Source: Candidatus Omnitrophota bacterium (GTDB lineage Bacteria; Omnitrophota; Gorgyraeia; Zapsychrales; JBDRMG01). From it: 49,854 nt of DNA. Both the position numbers and the translations under genes were made by a program. The stretch is taken from positions 1 to 49,854 of the forward strand of contig JBDRMG010000057.1 in the NCBI GenBank assembly GCA_043812495.1, read 5' to 3'. Shown one piece after another: positions 18,055 through 27,406 of this stretch (positions within the stretch are counted from its first letter, which is position 1; each line of letters begins with the position of its first letter). The notes beneath the pieces are model-generated. The model saw only the letters and a list, made by a program, of their open reading frames with translations, had not been told where the DNA came from and did no database searches.

Positions 18055-18642
18055 ATGATTTCTTGTATCTTGTTATCAGCCGGTTCAAGCGAACGTTTTG
18101 GGTCACCAAAAGCCTTAGCGGCATTGAATGGTAAAACTGTTGTTGAGCACCTTCAGGAGGTTATTCTTGCCTCGCGTGTTAGTGAACTCATCGTTGTTCT
18201 GGGCGCCCATCAAGATCTTATCAAACCGTATCTATTTAACCACAGAAAAGTTACCTTTGTCTACAACAAAGATCATAAACTTGGGCAAACGTCTTCCTTT
18301 AAGGCCGGTTTGAGGGTTGCTTCGGACAAATCCCAGGGAATTATGCTTTTGCCCGTGGACTTTCTTTTTGTTCAAACGGAAACCATTGACCGATTGATCG
18401 AAGAATTTACCTCTGATAGGCCGCTGATCTTAATTCCTGTCTATCGTCAAAAAAAGGGGCATCCCCCTCTTTTTAATAGCGTCTTAAGAGATCCACTTTT
18501 AAAGCGGGACGACGGGCAGGGATTAAATCTTTTTGAAAGGGACTACGAAACAGGCATCCGCTATCTTGATGTTCAAGATAAAGGCGTCATCCAGACGTTC
18601 AATACTCCTGAAGAATTTGAAAAATTAAAAGCCAACCTTTAA
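18055..18642 (+). CDS. MocA-like molybdenum cofactor cytidylyltransferase (NTP transferase)
   Basis: ILLSAGSSERFGSPKAL, GQTSS..AG, PVD, GHPPLF; next to xdh genes. Confidence 0.88.
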   Translation: MISCILLSAGSSERFGSPKALAALNGKTVVEHLQEVILASRVSELIVVLGAHQDLIKPYLFNHRKVTFVYNKDHKLGQTSSFKAGLRVASDKSQGIMLLPVDFLFVQTETIDRLIEEFTSDRPLILIPVYRQKKGHPPLFNSVLRDPLLKRDDGQGLNLFERDYETGIRYLDVQDKGVIQTFNTPEEFEKLKANL

Positions 18643-18654
18643 GCGATCTTCTTC

Positions 18655-19026
18655 CTATTTAAAAACAATAACATCCGCAAGAAAATTAGCCCGGACATTC
18701 GAGTTACCGAAGAATTCTTTAGGTTTGATGCGGGCCCATCGGCCGTCACCGCCATTTGTTTGAATATTGGTGATGGCATCCCCACCGATCATCGCAGCCT
18801 CATATTTTAATTTTCCCAGGATCTCATCCATGGATTGTCGGCGTTCCGCGTTCACAATAGCCTGGCCGATCACGATATTGGATTGCCGTACATTTTCAAT
18901 ATATTGGACTTGGTCGGCAGACTCTTTGGGCGCGTAGAACTCAGACGATGTCTCTTCGGATTTGATCGTATAAAGCGTGCAGGAAGACAGTAATACGATC
19001 AGACATAATAGTAAAACATATTTCAT
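18655..19026 (-). CDS. lipoprotein of unknown function
   Basis: LSSC lipobox; AAMIGGDAI motif; AGGAGG RBS. Confidence 0.75.
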   Translation of the reverse strand: MKYVLLLCLIVLLSSCTLYTIKSEETSSEFYAPKESADQVQYIENVRQSNIVIGQAIVNAERRQSMDEILGKLKYEAAMIGGDAITNIQTNGGDGRWARIKPKEFFGNSNVRANFLADVIVFK

Positions 19027-19054
19027 TTCACCCCTCCTATTTTTGTAATCATTT

Positions 19055-19196
19055 AGGGCTTCACAAAATTCGTTCAGCCTTTGATTACACAGATGAAAAA
19101 ATAGATTACACAGATGTTCCTCGTCGAGTAAATCTGTGAAATTTTTTAGAAATCTGTGTAATCAACAGCCCTGAATGAATTTTATGAAGGGCTGTT
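19055..19196. repeat. gattacacagat inverted-repeat element flanked by two inverted hairpins
   Basis: ttgattacacagat (19081-19094) / atctgtgtaatcaa (19152-19165) perfect 14-bp IR with internal repeats; flanking hairpins 19055-19081 and 19164-19196. Confidence 0.8.
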
Positions 19197-19200
19197 GTGA

Positions 19201-21519
19201 TCATTGCTTGTTTTTTAAAGCTTTTAAAATTTTATCCGGCGTAATCGGAAGATCCTTGATGCGTACGCCGACGGCATCCTCAATCGCGTTGGCGATGGCC
19301 GCGGATGTCGGAAGAAGCGATGCTTCGCCCATGCCTTTGGCACCAAAGGGTCCCTCCTGATCATTGGTCTCAACCAAAATGGTTTCAATCGGAACAACTC
19401 CCCGTGAACGTACAAGTTTATAATTTGCGAAATTGGGATTCACAACGCGGCCATTTTTAAATTTCAGATCTTCATGAAAAGTATACCCAATACCCATCAT
19501 GATTGAGCCTTCCACCTGGCCCTCCACGCTTTGAGGATTAATGGCTTTACCGATATCATGCGCATCCCACATTTTTAAAATTTTGATCTCCCCTGTTTCT
19601 TTGTTGACTTCAACATGCGCGATTTGGCATTCAAAGCCATAACTTCCGGACACGTTGCCTTCGCCTGTGCGAAAATCCACAGGTGTTGTTTTAGGGTTGT
19701 AGCTGCCGCGGCCGATAATCTGTTTTCCATAATTAAAAGAATAACAGAGTTTGAGGGCTTCGTCAAAATCCATGAGGACGGCGTTGTCTTTTTTATTAAT
19801 GACCTCTTCGGCTTTGATATCCAAATCATCGACGTTTAATTTGCGCTCATTGGCCACAATATCAAGAATTTGATTTTTAGCGTCGTGCGCGGCCCGTAAA
19901 GTAGCATTTCCTGAAATAAACGTGACACGGCTCGCAAAACTTCCTGTATCAAAAGGTGTAATTTCTGTATCCGCGGCTTTACAGCGGATGCGGCTGTAAC
20001 TGACGCCTAGCGCTTGGGCTGCGATTTGGGATAAAGCCGTATTGGAGCCTTGTCCGGTATCGGCCGCTCCCGTGAATAAATAAACGGATCCGTCTTCCTC
20101 AATTTTGATAATGGAGCCTGCGGATTCATGCGATTTATACATCTTTGAGCCCATGACATCCGCGGCGATCGCCAGGCCGATTCCTTGGACAATTTTCTCA
20201 TCAGAGCGATTTTCTTTTTTCTGAATTTTATCTTTCCAGCCGGCGGCTTGGGTGGCTTTGAGGATGCAATCTTTCAATCCGTTGGATGTGAGGATCATTT
20301 TGTTCGTTGTGACCATATTCGGCTCGGTAATATTTTTTAGACGGAATTCAGCCGGATCCATGCCGATGCCGCGGGCCAAAAGATCTAAATGCGATTCAAA
20401 AGCAAAACCGGACTGGACGCCTCCAAAACCGCGGATGGCTCCGCTGATTGGATTATTGGTATAAACGCGGTAACCGGTGATGCGCAAATTCCTGATTTTA
20501 TAAGACATAAAAATGCGCATGATCGCGGCGGCCATCACCGTCGGACCATAACTGCAATACGCGCCGCCGTCGGCAATCACTTCACCTGTGATCGCCATGA
20601 GCGTGCCGTCTTTTTTGACGCCGGATTTGAGCTTATAGATCATGTTATGTTTACGGCGCGAGAAACAAAACTCCTCTTCTCTTGTGTAGGCAATTTTTAC
20701 GGGACAACCGCCGGCTTTCTTGGATAAAAGACAGGCCGCAAAATCCATGGGAAGCATTTCCAGTTTTCCGCCAAAACCACCGCCAACCGCAAGCTTGATC
20801 ACGCGCACATCGTTCAATTCCATCTTGAGGCACTTAGAGAGGGCCTCGCGCACCTTAAAAGGCGCTTGCGTGGATGTCCACAAAGTGATTTTATTTGAAA
20901 ATGTTTCGAATTGGCCGACGCAAACATGAGGTTCCAGGCAGCAATGGGCGGCTGATTGCAAAGTGAAGACATCTTCACGGATGTAATCTGATTCTTTTAG
21001 AGCGCGTTCGGCGTTTCCGAAGTTTACGGGAAGCATGACGCCGATATTGTTGCGCGCTTCATGGATTTGCGGGGCTTCCGGTTGCATGGCTTCTTGCGCG
21101 TCAAAAACAGCCGGAAGAATTTCATATTTGACATCAATCAACTTAAGCGCTTGAGCGGCTGTTTCTTCGTCAATCGCGGCCACGGCACCGATCTCATCAC
21201 CGATATAACGGACTTTTTCTGCCTCGAGTGCCATTTGATCAACGGTGTGAGGAAAGAAATATTCGTTAGAGCCGAATTTGATATTGTGCGTGTCTTTGCA
21301 GGTCACAATCGCTTTAACACCCGGAAGTTTTTCTGCCTTCGAGGTATTGATATGAAGAATGCGTGCGTGCGCATGAGGACTGCGCAGCATTTTTCCGATG
21401 AGCATGTTGGGGAGATTAAGGTCAAAGGCATATTTGGTTTGACCGGTGACGAGGCCTTTTCCGTCAATGCGCGCAACGGATTTTCCGACCGGATTGCAGT
21501 ATTCTTTTTTCATGCTCAT
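19201..21519 (-). CDS. xanthine dehydrogenase-family molybdopterin-binding subunit
   Basis: RSPHAHARI, GGGFGGK, GAIRGFG, GQGSNT, SFASR, GQVEG, GAKGMGE. Confidence 0.95.
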   Translation of the reverse strand: MSMKKEYCNPVGKSVARIDGKGLVTGQTKYAFDLNLPNMLIGKMLRSPHAHARILHINTSKAEKLPGVKAIVTCKDTHNIKFGSNEYFFPHTVDQMALEAEKVRYIGDEIGAVAAIDEETAAQALKLIDVKYEILPAVFDAQEAMQPEAPQIHEARNNIGVMLPVNFGNAERALKESDYIREDVFTLQSAAHCCLEPHVCVGQFETFSNKITLWTSTQAPFKVREALSKCLKMELNDVRVIKLAVGGGFGGKLEMLPMDFAACLLSKKAGGCPVKIAYTREEEFCFSRRKHNMIYKLKSGVKKDGTLMAITGEVIADGGAYCSYGPTVMAAAIMRIFMSYKIRNLRITGYRVYTNNPISGAIRGFGGVQSGFAFESHLDLLARGIGMDPAEFRLKNITEPNMVTTNKMILTSNGLKDCILKATQAAGWKDKIQKKENRSDEKIVQGIGLAIAADVMGSKMYKSHESAGSIIKIEEDGSVYLFTGAADTGQGSNTALSQIAAQALGVSYSRIRCKAADTEITPFDTGSFASRVTFISGNATLRAAHDAKNQILDIVANERKLNVDDLDIKAEEVINKKDNAVLMDFDEALKLCYSFNYGKQIIGRGSYNPKTTPVDFRTGEGNVSGSYGFECQIAHVEVNKETGEIKILKMWDAHDIGKAINPQSVEGQVEGSIMMGIGYTFHEDLKFKNGRVVNPNFANYKLVRSRGVVPIETILVETNDQEGPFGAKGMGEASLLPTSAAIANAIEDAVGVRIKDLPITPDKILKALKNKQ

Positions 21520-21992
21520 TTTCTCTTTTTGATGACTTTGCCCGTTTTAGATGCCGCTTTTACAGCCTCAATAATTTTGATGTAACCCGTGCAACGGCAG
21601 AGATTGCCATCCAGCGCAAATTTGATTTCTTCTTCTGATGATTGCGGGTTATGGTCGAGCAAAGCCTTTGCAGCCATGACCATACCGGGTGTGCAGAAAC
21701 CGCACTGAACAGCCCCATGGTCTAAAAAGGCTTGCTGAACGGGGTGAAGATTTTCATCTGCGGCCAGGCCTTCGATGGTCGTGATCTCTTCTTCTTCCAC
21801 GTCTTTGGCCAGGGTAATGCAGGACAGCACAGCTTTTCCGTTGACATGCACGGTGCAAGCGCCGCATTCCGCTTCCTGGCAGCCTGCCTTGGTGCCGGTC
21901 AATCCTAGCTGGTCACGCAAAACCTCAAGAAGGGTTTCGTGCCCTTGGAGGTCAGCGTCATATTTCTTTTGATTGATGGTGAGTGTGCTCAT
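21516..21992 (-). CDS. xanthine dehydrogenase-family [2Fe-2S] subunit
   Basis: GTKAGCQEAECGACTV, QCGFCTPG, GNLCRCTGY. Confidence 0.96.
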   Translation of the reverse strand: MSTLTINQKKYDADLQGHETLLEVLRDQLGLTGTKAGCQEAECGACTVHVNGKAVLSCITLAKDVEEEEITTIEGLAADENLHPVQQAFLDHGAVQCGFCTPGMVMAAKALLDHNPQSSEEEIKFALDGNLCRCTGYIKIIEAVKAASKTGKVIKKRK

Positions 21993-22847
21993 TTATCCTT
22001 TAGAAAATATTAAATCTTTAAGAGCGTTTTTGATAGTGATACGAAAGAGATTCTTTTTATAATCATCACTTCGGACGTCATAAAGTTCGCTATCTAAATG
22101 ATGGACGGATTCTTCAATAAGGCTATCTTTGCCTTCAGAAGTATTCAGGAATTCTTCTAAAACGGAATCTCGCCGGGCAAATGAAATACCGTTATTCACG
22201 ACGACTCGCGCATTAGCCAGCTTCTTCTCCTCAAAAGAAGCCTTGATGCAAATACCGAATAGCGGAATGTCTACGCAAGACAGCTTTGGCGTTCTTTTAT
22301 AAACAAGCCGATCGTTCTTATTCTTGCTAATGGCAATCGATTTCAGTATTTTCTCTGTTTTTGCGCCACTTTCAAAGAAGGATTCAACGCTTTGGGTCTT
22401 CCCTTCTTCCTTGGTGGGGCCGGAAAAATGCATCTTCGCATCCAAGGCTATCAAAACAGTTCCCAATTCAGCCCAGGTGTACCGACTCATCAGGTTTCCT
22501 CCCACGGTGGCCATATTTCTGATGGGATTCGTTGCGATATTTTGACAAACGCCTTTGAGAATAAGCGCGTTGTCTTTCAGGTGAGATGAAGTCAGCAATT
22601 CGCTTAAAGTAGTCATGGATCCGATGGTTAAGCTCTTCGCATCGGCCCGGATTTCTTTGAGTTCGTCGATTCTCTTTAGACTCACAATGTGTCCGGGAGT
22701 TTTGAGATCTTTTTTCTTAAAGTTCTTTAGTTGATTAATTAAGAAAGTTCCCCCCGCTAAGAGCCGAAAATCATCCAGGGAAGACATAAGATGATTGGCT
22801 TCTTTAAGGTTTTTTGGAGCGTGATAAGTAAACGGGTTCAGGAGCAT
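21993..22847 (-). CDS. xanthine dehydrogenase-family FAD-binding subunit
   Basis: LAGGT, IRNMATVGGN. Confidence 0.92.
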   Translation of the reverse strand: MLLNPFTYHAPKNLKEANHLMSSLDDFRLLAGGTFLINQLKNFKKKDLKTPGHIVSLKRIDELKEIRADAKSLTIGSMTTLSELLTSSHLKDNALILKGVCQNIATNPIRNMATVGGNLMSRYTWAELGTVLIALDAKMHFSGPTKEEGKTQSVESFFESGAKTEKILKSIAISKNKNDRLVYKRTPKLSCVDIPLFGICIKASFEEKKLANARVVVNNGISFARRDSVLEEFLNTSEGKDSLIEESVHHLDSELYDVRSDDYKKNLFRITIKNALKDLIFSKG

Positions 22848-22947
22848 CGTTTGGTTTAGTTCTTTGTCTTTAAGTATTTCGAGGAATTATATCAAGCAGG
22901 TCAAATTATTCAAGAAGAATATCTGCGGCAATTTATGCTGAAAGAAG

Positions 22948-24789
22948 TTACGGAGACTCATCCCTCTTGTTGTCTCTAAGGGCTTCTTCAACGACAGCAA
23001 CGTCCCAGTTATGTGTTATGAGCTCTTCGCGTATTTCCTGAGGCGTTTGATTGGTCTCCATCTTGCTTTGGTTTAGATATGCTTTTAACACGCCGAGATT
23101 ATAGATCTGATGCTTGTTGAACTTCCATCGCATGGGATTCTCTTTTTCGGGTTTGTTGATTAACGCAGAGAGAATGCCGTATATAAGAGGCAGCGATAAT
23201 ACAAACAGGACACTGTAGAAATTTAAAGGGCTAACTTTCCCAAAGAGCATATTGGATCCACACCAAAAAACATCAAAACTGTAATGAGCGACCAGCACGG
23301 GGATGATTCCGTAGGTCAGGTAGACATAGGACAATAATAATCCCAGAAGCGTGACTTCGATGCCGCGAAACCACATAGGAAAAACAGGGTAATGGCTATG
23401 GCCAAATCCCCAGATAATCGAAGACACTGCAACCGCCACGAGTAGACTTTTTGAGATTTTTCTAATCCAGCTGATGGCAAAGATACGAAACGTAATCTCT
23501 TCAATAAAGCTCGCCTTGACGCCGATGATGAACGCAGCCAAGAACGGCAGGGCTGATGATGAGAGTTGAGTCATCCAGGCTCTTTCTGTCCAAACGCCTA
23601 AATATTGTCGTCCAAAATGAAAAGCGATGGATTGGATTCCGAGCATAATAATAAACGTGAGATAACCAAGTGTCACGAGTGAGAAAATGCGGTTTGAGAA
23701 AAAGGTTGAATTGATATAAAACAGGAAGGATCCTCTTTTCTTTTCCGGAAGCATTTCATGGTGGAGAGATTCCCCCGATAATCCGGGCATCAGAATGGCA
23801 ATCGTGACATAAAAGGTTACGAGAATAATGGTTGAAATCATGCGGTACAGATAAGACGTCATGGAGGACGTTGTCGGATAATGAAAGAGAATATTCTGCG
23901 GTTCGTTGGCATAATCCAGTAAACTTAAGGCAAATAAGACAACGGCTAATCCAATCATGAAATTTTTTGCCTTATGCATAGCGAGATGGTTTCGTCGGGC
24001 AATGACAAAAAAAGTTCCAGCGGTTAAAATCACGACATAAAGAACATGAAACACAATGGAGATGTTGTCGCCGACGGTTCTTTGCTTTGCGAGTGTTCGA
24101 TTGTACTTCTCGGGGATCTGTAATTGATTTTTGTAAAAGGAAAGGACTTCATCTCCGGAAACGGTTGCGCCGCGAAGAAGCTTGGCGTTTCCCGATTCTG
24201 GCTCTTGGCTCCAAGGGATCCGGACATCCTTTTTCTCCCAATTGAAACTGTAGTTTGTCCGATTCTCGAGCTTGCTTGCCTGTTGGGCCTGTTGGGTATA
24301 GTCTTCAGGATTAAAAGGAAAAGTGGTCTTAAGGAAGTTCGATGCGATCAGCCTTGCTTGATCCTGGCTGATGTCTTCCCTTTTGTCCGTATCGGCGATG
24401 ATATGCTTGAACGAAGTAATCTCCCCTGTCGAGGCGCTAACTGAAAGGCGGTACTCTTCTTTTTCGTTTTCGCGAAAGAAGCGAACAACCCAAAGGAAAA
24501 GATCAAAATCATGCTGTGCAAGAAATTCCCGCTCTTTTTTGATACCGAGTGTTTTCTGAAGATATTGATCGGCAGCGTGGTCGCCTGTAAAGACAGCAAC
24601 ATCCTGAAAGGCAGAAGGATCAATACCCCGTTTGTCGGTAAGAAATGCCTTGGCGATGTTCGTGGCTTCCTTCCGGTCAATAGCGAGCTCAACAAAAGAA
24701 AACTCCGGGTAACTCAAGGCATACCAGACGGCAGCGCTTAAGATAGCGCAGACGAGAAAAGTAATCCAGATTTTGAGTTTGATCGGCAT
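22948..24789 (-). CDS. CPBP (CAAX/Abi) family intramembrane protease with large extracytoplasmic N-domain
   Basis: EEITFR, WGFGH, AHYSFD motifs; multiple TM segments. Confidence 0.88.
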   Translation of the reverse strand: MPIKLKIWITFLVCAILSAAVWYALSYPEFSFVELAIDRKEATNIAKAFLTDKRGIDPSAFQDVAVFTGDHAADQYLQKTLGIKKEREFLAQHDFDLFLWVVRFFRENEKEEYRLSVSASTGEITSFKHIIADTDKREDISQDQARLIASNFLKTTFPFNPEDYTQQAQQASKLENRTNYSFNWEKKDVRIPWSQEPESGNAKLLRGATVSGDEVLSFYKNQLQIPEKYNRTLAKQRTVGDNISIVFHVLYVVILTAGTFFVIARRNHLAMHKAKNFMIGLAVVLFALSLLDYANEPQNILFHYPTTSSMTSYLYRMISTIILVTFYVTIAILMPGLSGESLHHEMLPEKKRGSFLFYINSTFFSNRIFSLVTLGYLTFIIMLGIQSIAFHFGRQYLGVWTERAWMTQLSSSALPFLAAFIIGVKASFIEEITFRIFAISWIRKISKSLLVAVAVSSIIWGFGHSHYPVFPMWFRGIEVTLLGLLLSYVYLTYGIIPVLVAHYSFDVFWCGSNMLFGKVSPLNFYSVLFVLSLPLIYGILSALINKPEKENPMRWKFNKHQIYNLGVLKAYLNQSKMETNQTPQEIREELITHNWDVAVVEEALRDNKRDESP

Positions 24790-24838
24790 GTTGTTTAACC
24801 GTCGCTAAAGAGAAGAAGGTGGCCAGGACGCAATCGAG

Positions 24839-25216
24839 CTAAGATAGACTAAAAACGTATTTTTTAATCTTTCCTCTTTCTTCATCGCTGATGTCAATGA
24901 ATTCAACGCCAACATCATAGCGATTCTTTCCTTCGCCAGCGATGCTGAAAGTTTTTGTCCAAACCACTTGCCCGATAGTCTGGATCATGGAGGGGTCGTC
25001 CGGCAAGGAGATGTCTAACTTTAAGCGGTCGCCGGGGAGCAATTCTTCATGAGTGATGATGCAGATACCGCCCGCACTGATATTTCTGGAGGAACCGCTG
25101 TGGTTATCACTCGAGGGAAGGACGGCGTATTTGATATCCACATTGATGTTTAGGCGTAAGAATTTTCTTCGTTCTTCAAAGACTGACTCCTTGTTATTTT
25201 GATCTTTATCAGCCAT
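24839..25216 (-). CDS. PilZ-domain protein
   Basis: ERRKFLR and NISAGG motifs. Confidence 0.92.
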   Translation of the reverse strand: MADKDQNNKESVFEERRKFLRLNINVDIKYAVLPSSDNHSGSSRNISAGGICIITHEELLPGDRLKLDISLPDDPSMIQTIGQVVWTKTFSIAGEGKNRYDVGVEFIDISDEERGKIKKYVFSLS

Positions 25217-25247
25217 TTTTCACCTGCCCTTATTATTCTATTTTGAT

Positions 25248-25901
25248 TTAAAAAAGATTAATCACTTCCGGCGGAAGTCTTTTGAGTTCCTGAGTCCCAA
25301 GAATCTTAACGGCCCAGCGCAAGATATCCAATTTATGCTGCAATTTCTCATTGGGCTCTTTGATATTCTGCAGTCGCTTCCTGGACAAAAAAAGAATTTT
25401 GCGTAACGTGTTGAAAACAAGACGTGCTTCACGCGGTCGATTATGTCCAGATTTAATAATATCATCAATGGCCGTATAAGACAAATCATTCACGGTTTTA
25501 TTGTAATGATCCAGTTCCTGGATCAAATCCGGAATCATGGATTTAAAATATTTATAACGGTCCATTTTCAAAAGCGTATGCATGATTTCAATCTGAACAA
25601 ACGGCGATTCCGTTCTATTAAGCCGCCTTAAAAGGATCTTCTCAATTAGGTGCCTTTCTTTGGCAAAGACATTCGAGGAAAAATTTTCTTTAAAAACCCT
25701 GACTGCGGCTGCTGTTTTGTAAGACGTGAGCGTGTCATCCTGGATGATAGCTAAAAGGATTTCTTTGGGTTCTTCCTGGTACTTCGTTGCATAACCATCG
25801 AGAAGCATTTTGTCGTCGAATATGGTGTAGGAAGATTCCGCCGAGGCGAACGTGCAGTAAAGACATGAAATGAATAACAAAAAGAAGATCGATCTTTTCA
25901 T
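25248..25901 (-). CDS. exported hypothetical protein
   Basis: signal peptide ending ASA; 217-aa ORF tightly packed between neighbours. Confidence 0.75.
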   Translation of the reverse strand: MKRSIFFLLFISCLYCTFASAESSYTIFDDKMLLDGYATKYQEEPKEILLAIIQDDTLTSYKTAAAVRVFKENFSSNVFAKERHLIEKILLRRLNRTESPFVQIEIMHTLLKMDRYKYFKSMIPDLIQELDHYNKTVNDLSYTAIDDIIKSGHNRPREARLVFNTLRKILFLSRKRLQNIKEPNEKLQHKLDILRWAVKILGTQELKRLPPEVINLF

Positions 25902-25906
25902 ATAAG

Positions 25907-26749
25907 TCAGGAGATCAGCTCCAGGGAAATATCAATAGCTTTCTTTGTATGGGTGAGGGCCCCGCTTGAAATGCGGTCAACGCCTGTTCGGGCAATAGCC
26001 CTGACATTCTTGAGATTCACATTTCCGGAGACCTCGAGCTTGATTCTTTTGTTCTTGACGTATTTTTTCTTAAGAGCGACAGCTTTCTTGATTTGCGCAA
26101 TGGACATATTGTCGAGCAAGATAATGTCAGGTTGACTTGCCAGCACTTCTTGAAAATGCATAAGGTTGTCCAGTTCGATTTCGATCGGTTTTCTTGAAAC
26201 TTTCTTAGCGTATCGCACCATGTCCTGCAAAGAGCTTGATGTGGAACATTGAACTTTGGCCCGGTGATTGTCTTTGATCAGGATCATTTCGTTGAGATTC
26301 AGGCGATGATTGATGCCGCCGCCAGCGCGCACGGCTTTTTTCTCAAGAACGCGCAGGCCGGGCGTTGTTTTCCGGGTGTCATAAATTTTGGCTTGGTAAG
26401 GTTTTACCTGTTGAACAAAAAGGCGCGTTTTGGTGGCAACGGCCATTAGATGGCTAAGAAAATTCAGCGCCACGCGTTCTCCCGTAAGAACAGCTCGCGT
26501 TTTTGCTTTAATGTAAATCAATTTGCTGTTCTTAGGAGCAATCTCACCTTCCTTAAAGAAGCACCTGAAGGTAGCTTTTCGGTCGAGTTTTCTGAAGAGT
26601 TTTTGCACAACATCGAGTCCGCAGACAACGGCTTTTTCGTTTGTGATGACGTACGCTTGGGACACGGCCTTTCTGGGAATAAGGGTATTCGTCGTGATGT
26701 CTCCTCGGCCGATATCTTCTTTTAAAGCAAAGTTGATCGTTCTGTTCAT
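25907..26749 (-). CDS. nadC: quinolinate phosphoribosyltransferase
   Basis: EDIGRGDITT, ERVALN, DTRKTTPG, IKDNH, LLDNM, EVSG. Confidence 0.96.
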   Translation of the reverse strand: MNRTINFALKEDIGRGDITTNTLIPRKAVSQAYVITNEKAVVCGLDVVQKLFRKLDRKATFRCFFKEGEIAPKNSKLIYIKAKTRAVLTGERVALNFLSHLMAVATKTRLFVQQVKPYQAKIYDTRKTTPGLRVLEKKAVRAGGGINHRLNLNEMILIKDNHRAKVQCSTSSSLQDMVRYAKKVSRKPIEIELDNLMHFQEVLASQPDIILLDNMSIAQIKKAVALKKKYVKNKRIKLEVSGNVNLKNVRAIARTGVDRISSGALTHTKKAIDISLELIS

Positions 26750-26873
26750 ACGTTTCAGTCCTTTATTGATGTTTGATTATAGTAGCAGGAGTATTGAGTT
26801 TCAAGAGAAATTCTTGCGTCAGCAATGTGTTATTTTGCACGGTCAATACCCGGTGGGGGATTAGTTAGCTGGG

Positions 26874-27401
26874 TTAGGGAAAGGAAATGATTTTTTCCTT
26901 CATAGAAGATAGCAGTGCTTTTAAGAGGTAATATGTTTGGAGACGTCTTTCTGTTTCTTCGTCGCTTGGGTTATTATTGATTGTTTGCTCAAATTCCTTA
27001 ATTTTATTCTCTATTTCTGAAGCTCTCTTTTCATAGGCATCGGGAGTCATGCGAACGTATTCCAAAGCTTTTTCAGCGCTTTTCTTGTCAAGTACGCCGG
27101 GTTTGACGATGACCTTCTTTACATATTGATCCCATTGAGCCGAGGTTCGGGGCAATTCATTTTCCGGAGTAACAATAATGCCATATTTGGCAGGATCTTC
27201 GGCGGTAAGCTTTCTTTTTGGTTTTATTATGGTCTCGCCTTGAATGGTGTTATCTTCTCCTTGGACAGAAGGTTTAATTTTCTCTGATCGTTCAGCCATC
27301 AAGCGAGCATCATGCGCCATGAGAAAATTAATCAAAGAATTTGTCAGAATGACGCAGGCAAGGACAAAGATGCAGGAAAAAACAATCAGCCTCTTATTCA
27401 T
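26874..27401 (-). CDS. membrane-anchored hypothetical protein
   Basis: N-terminal TM; follows the pilin genes. Confidence 0.7.
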   Translation of the reverse strand: MNKRLIVFSCIFVLACVILTNSLINFLMAHDARLMAERSEKIKPSVQGEDNTIQGETIIKPKRKLTAEDPAKYGIIVTPENELPRTSAQWDQYVKKVIVKPGVLDKKSAEKALEYVRMTPDAYEKRASEIENKIKEFEQTINNNPSDEETERRLQTYYLLKALLSSMKEKIISFP

Positions 27402-27406
27402 AAAGC

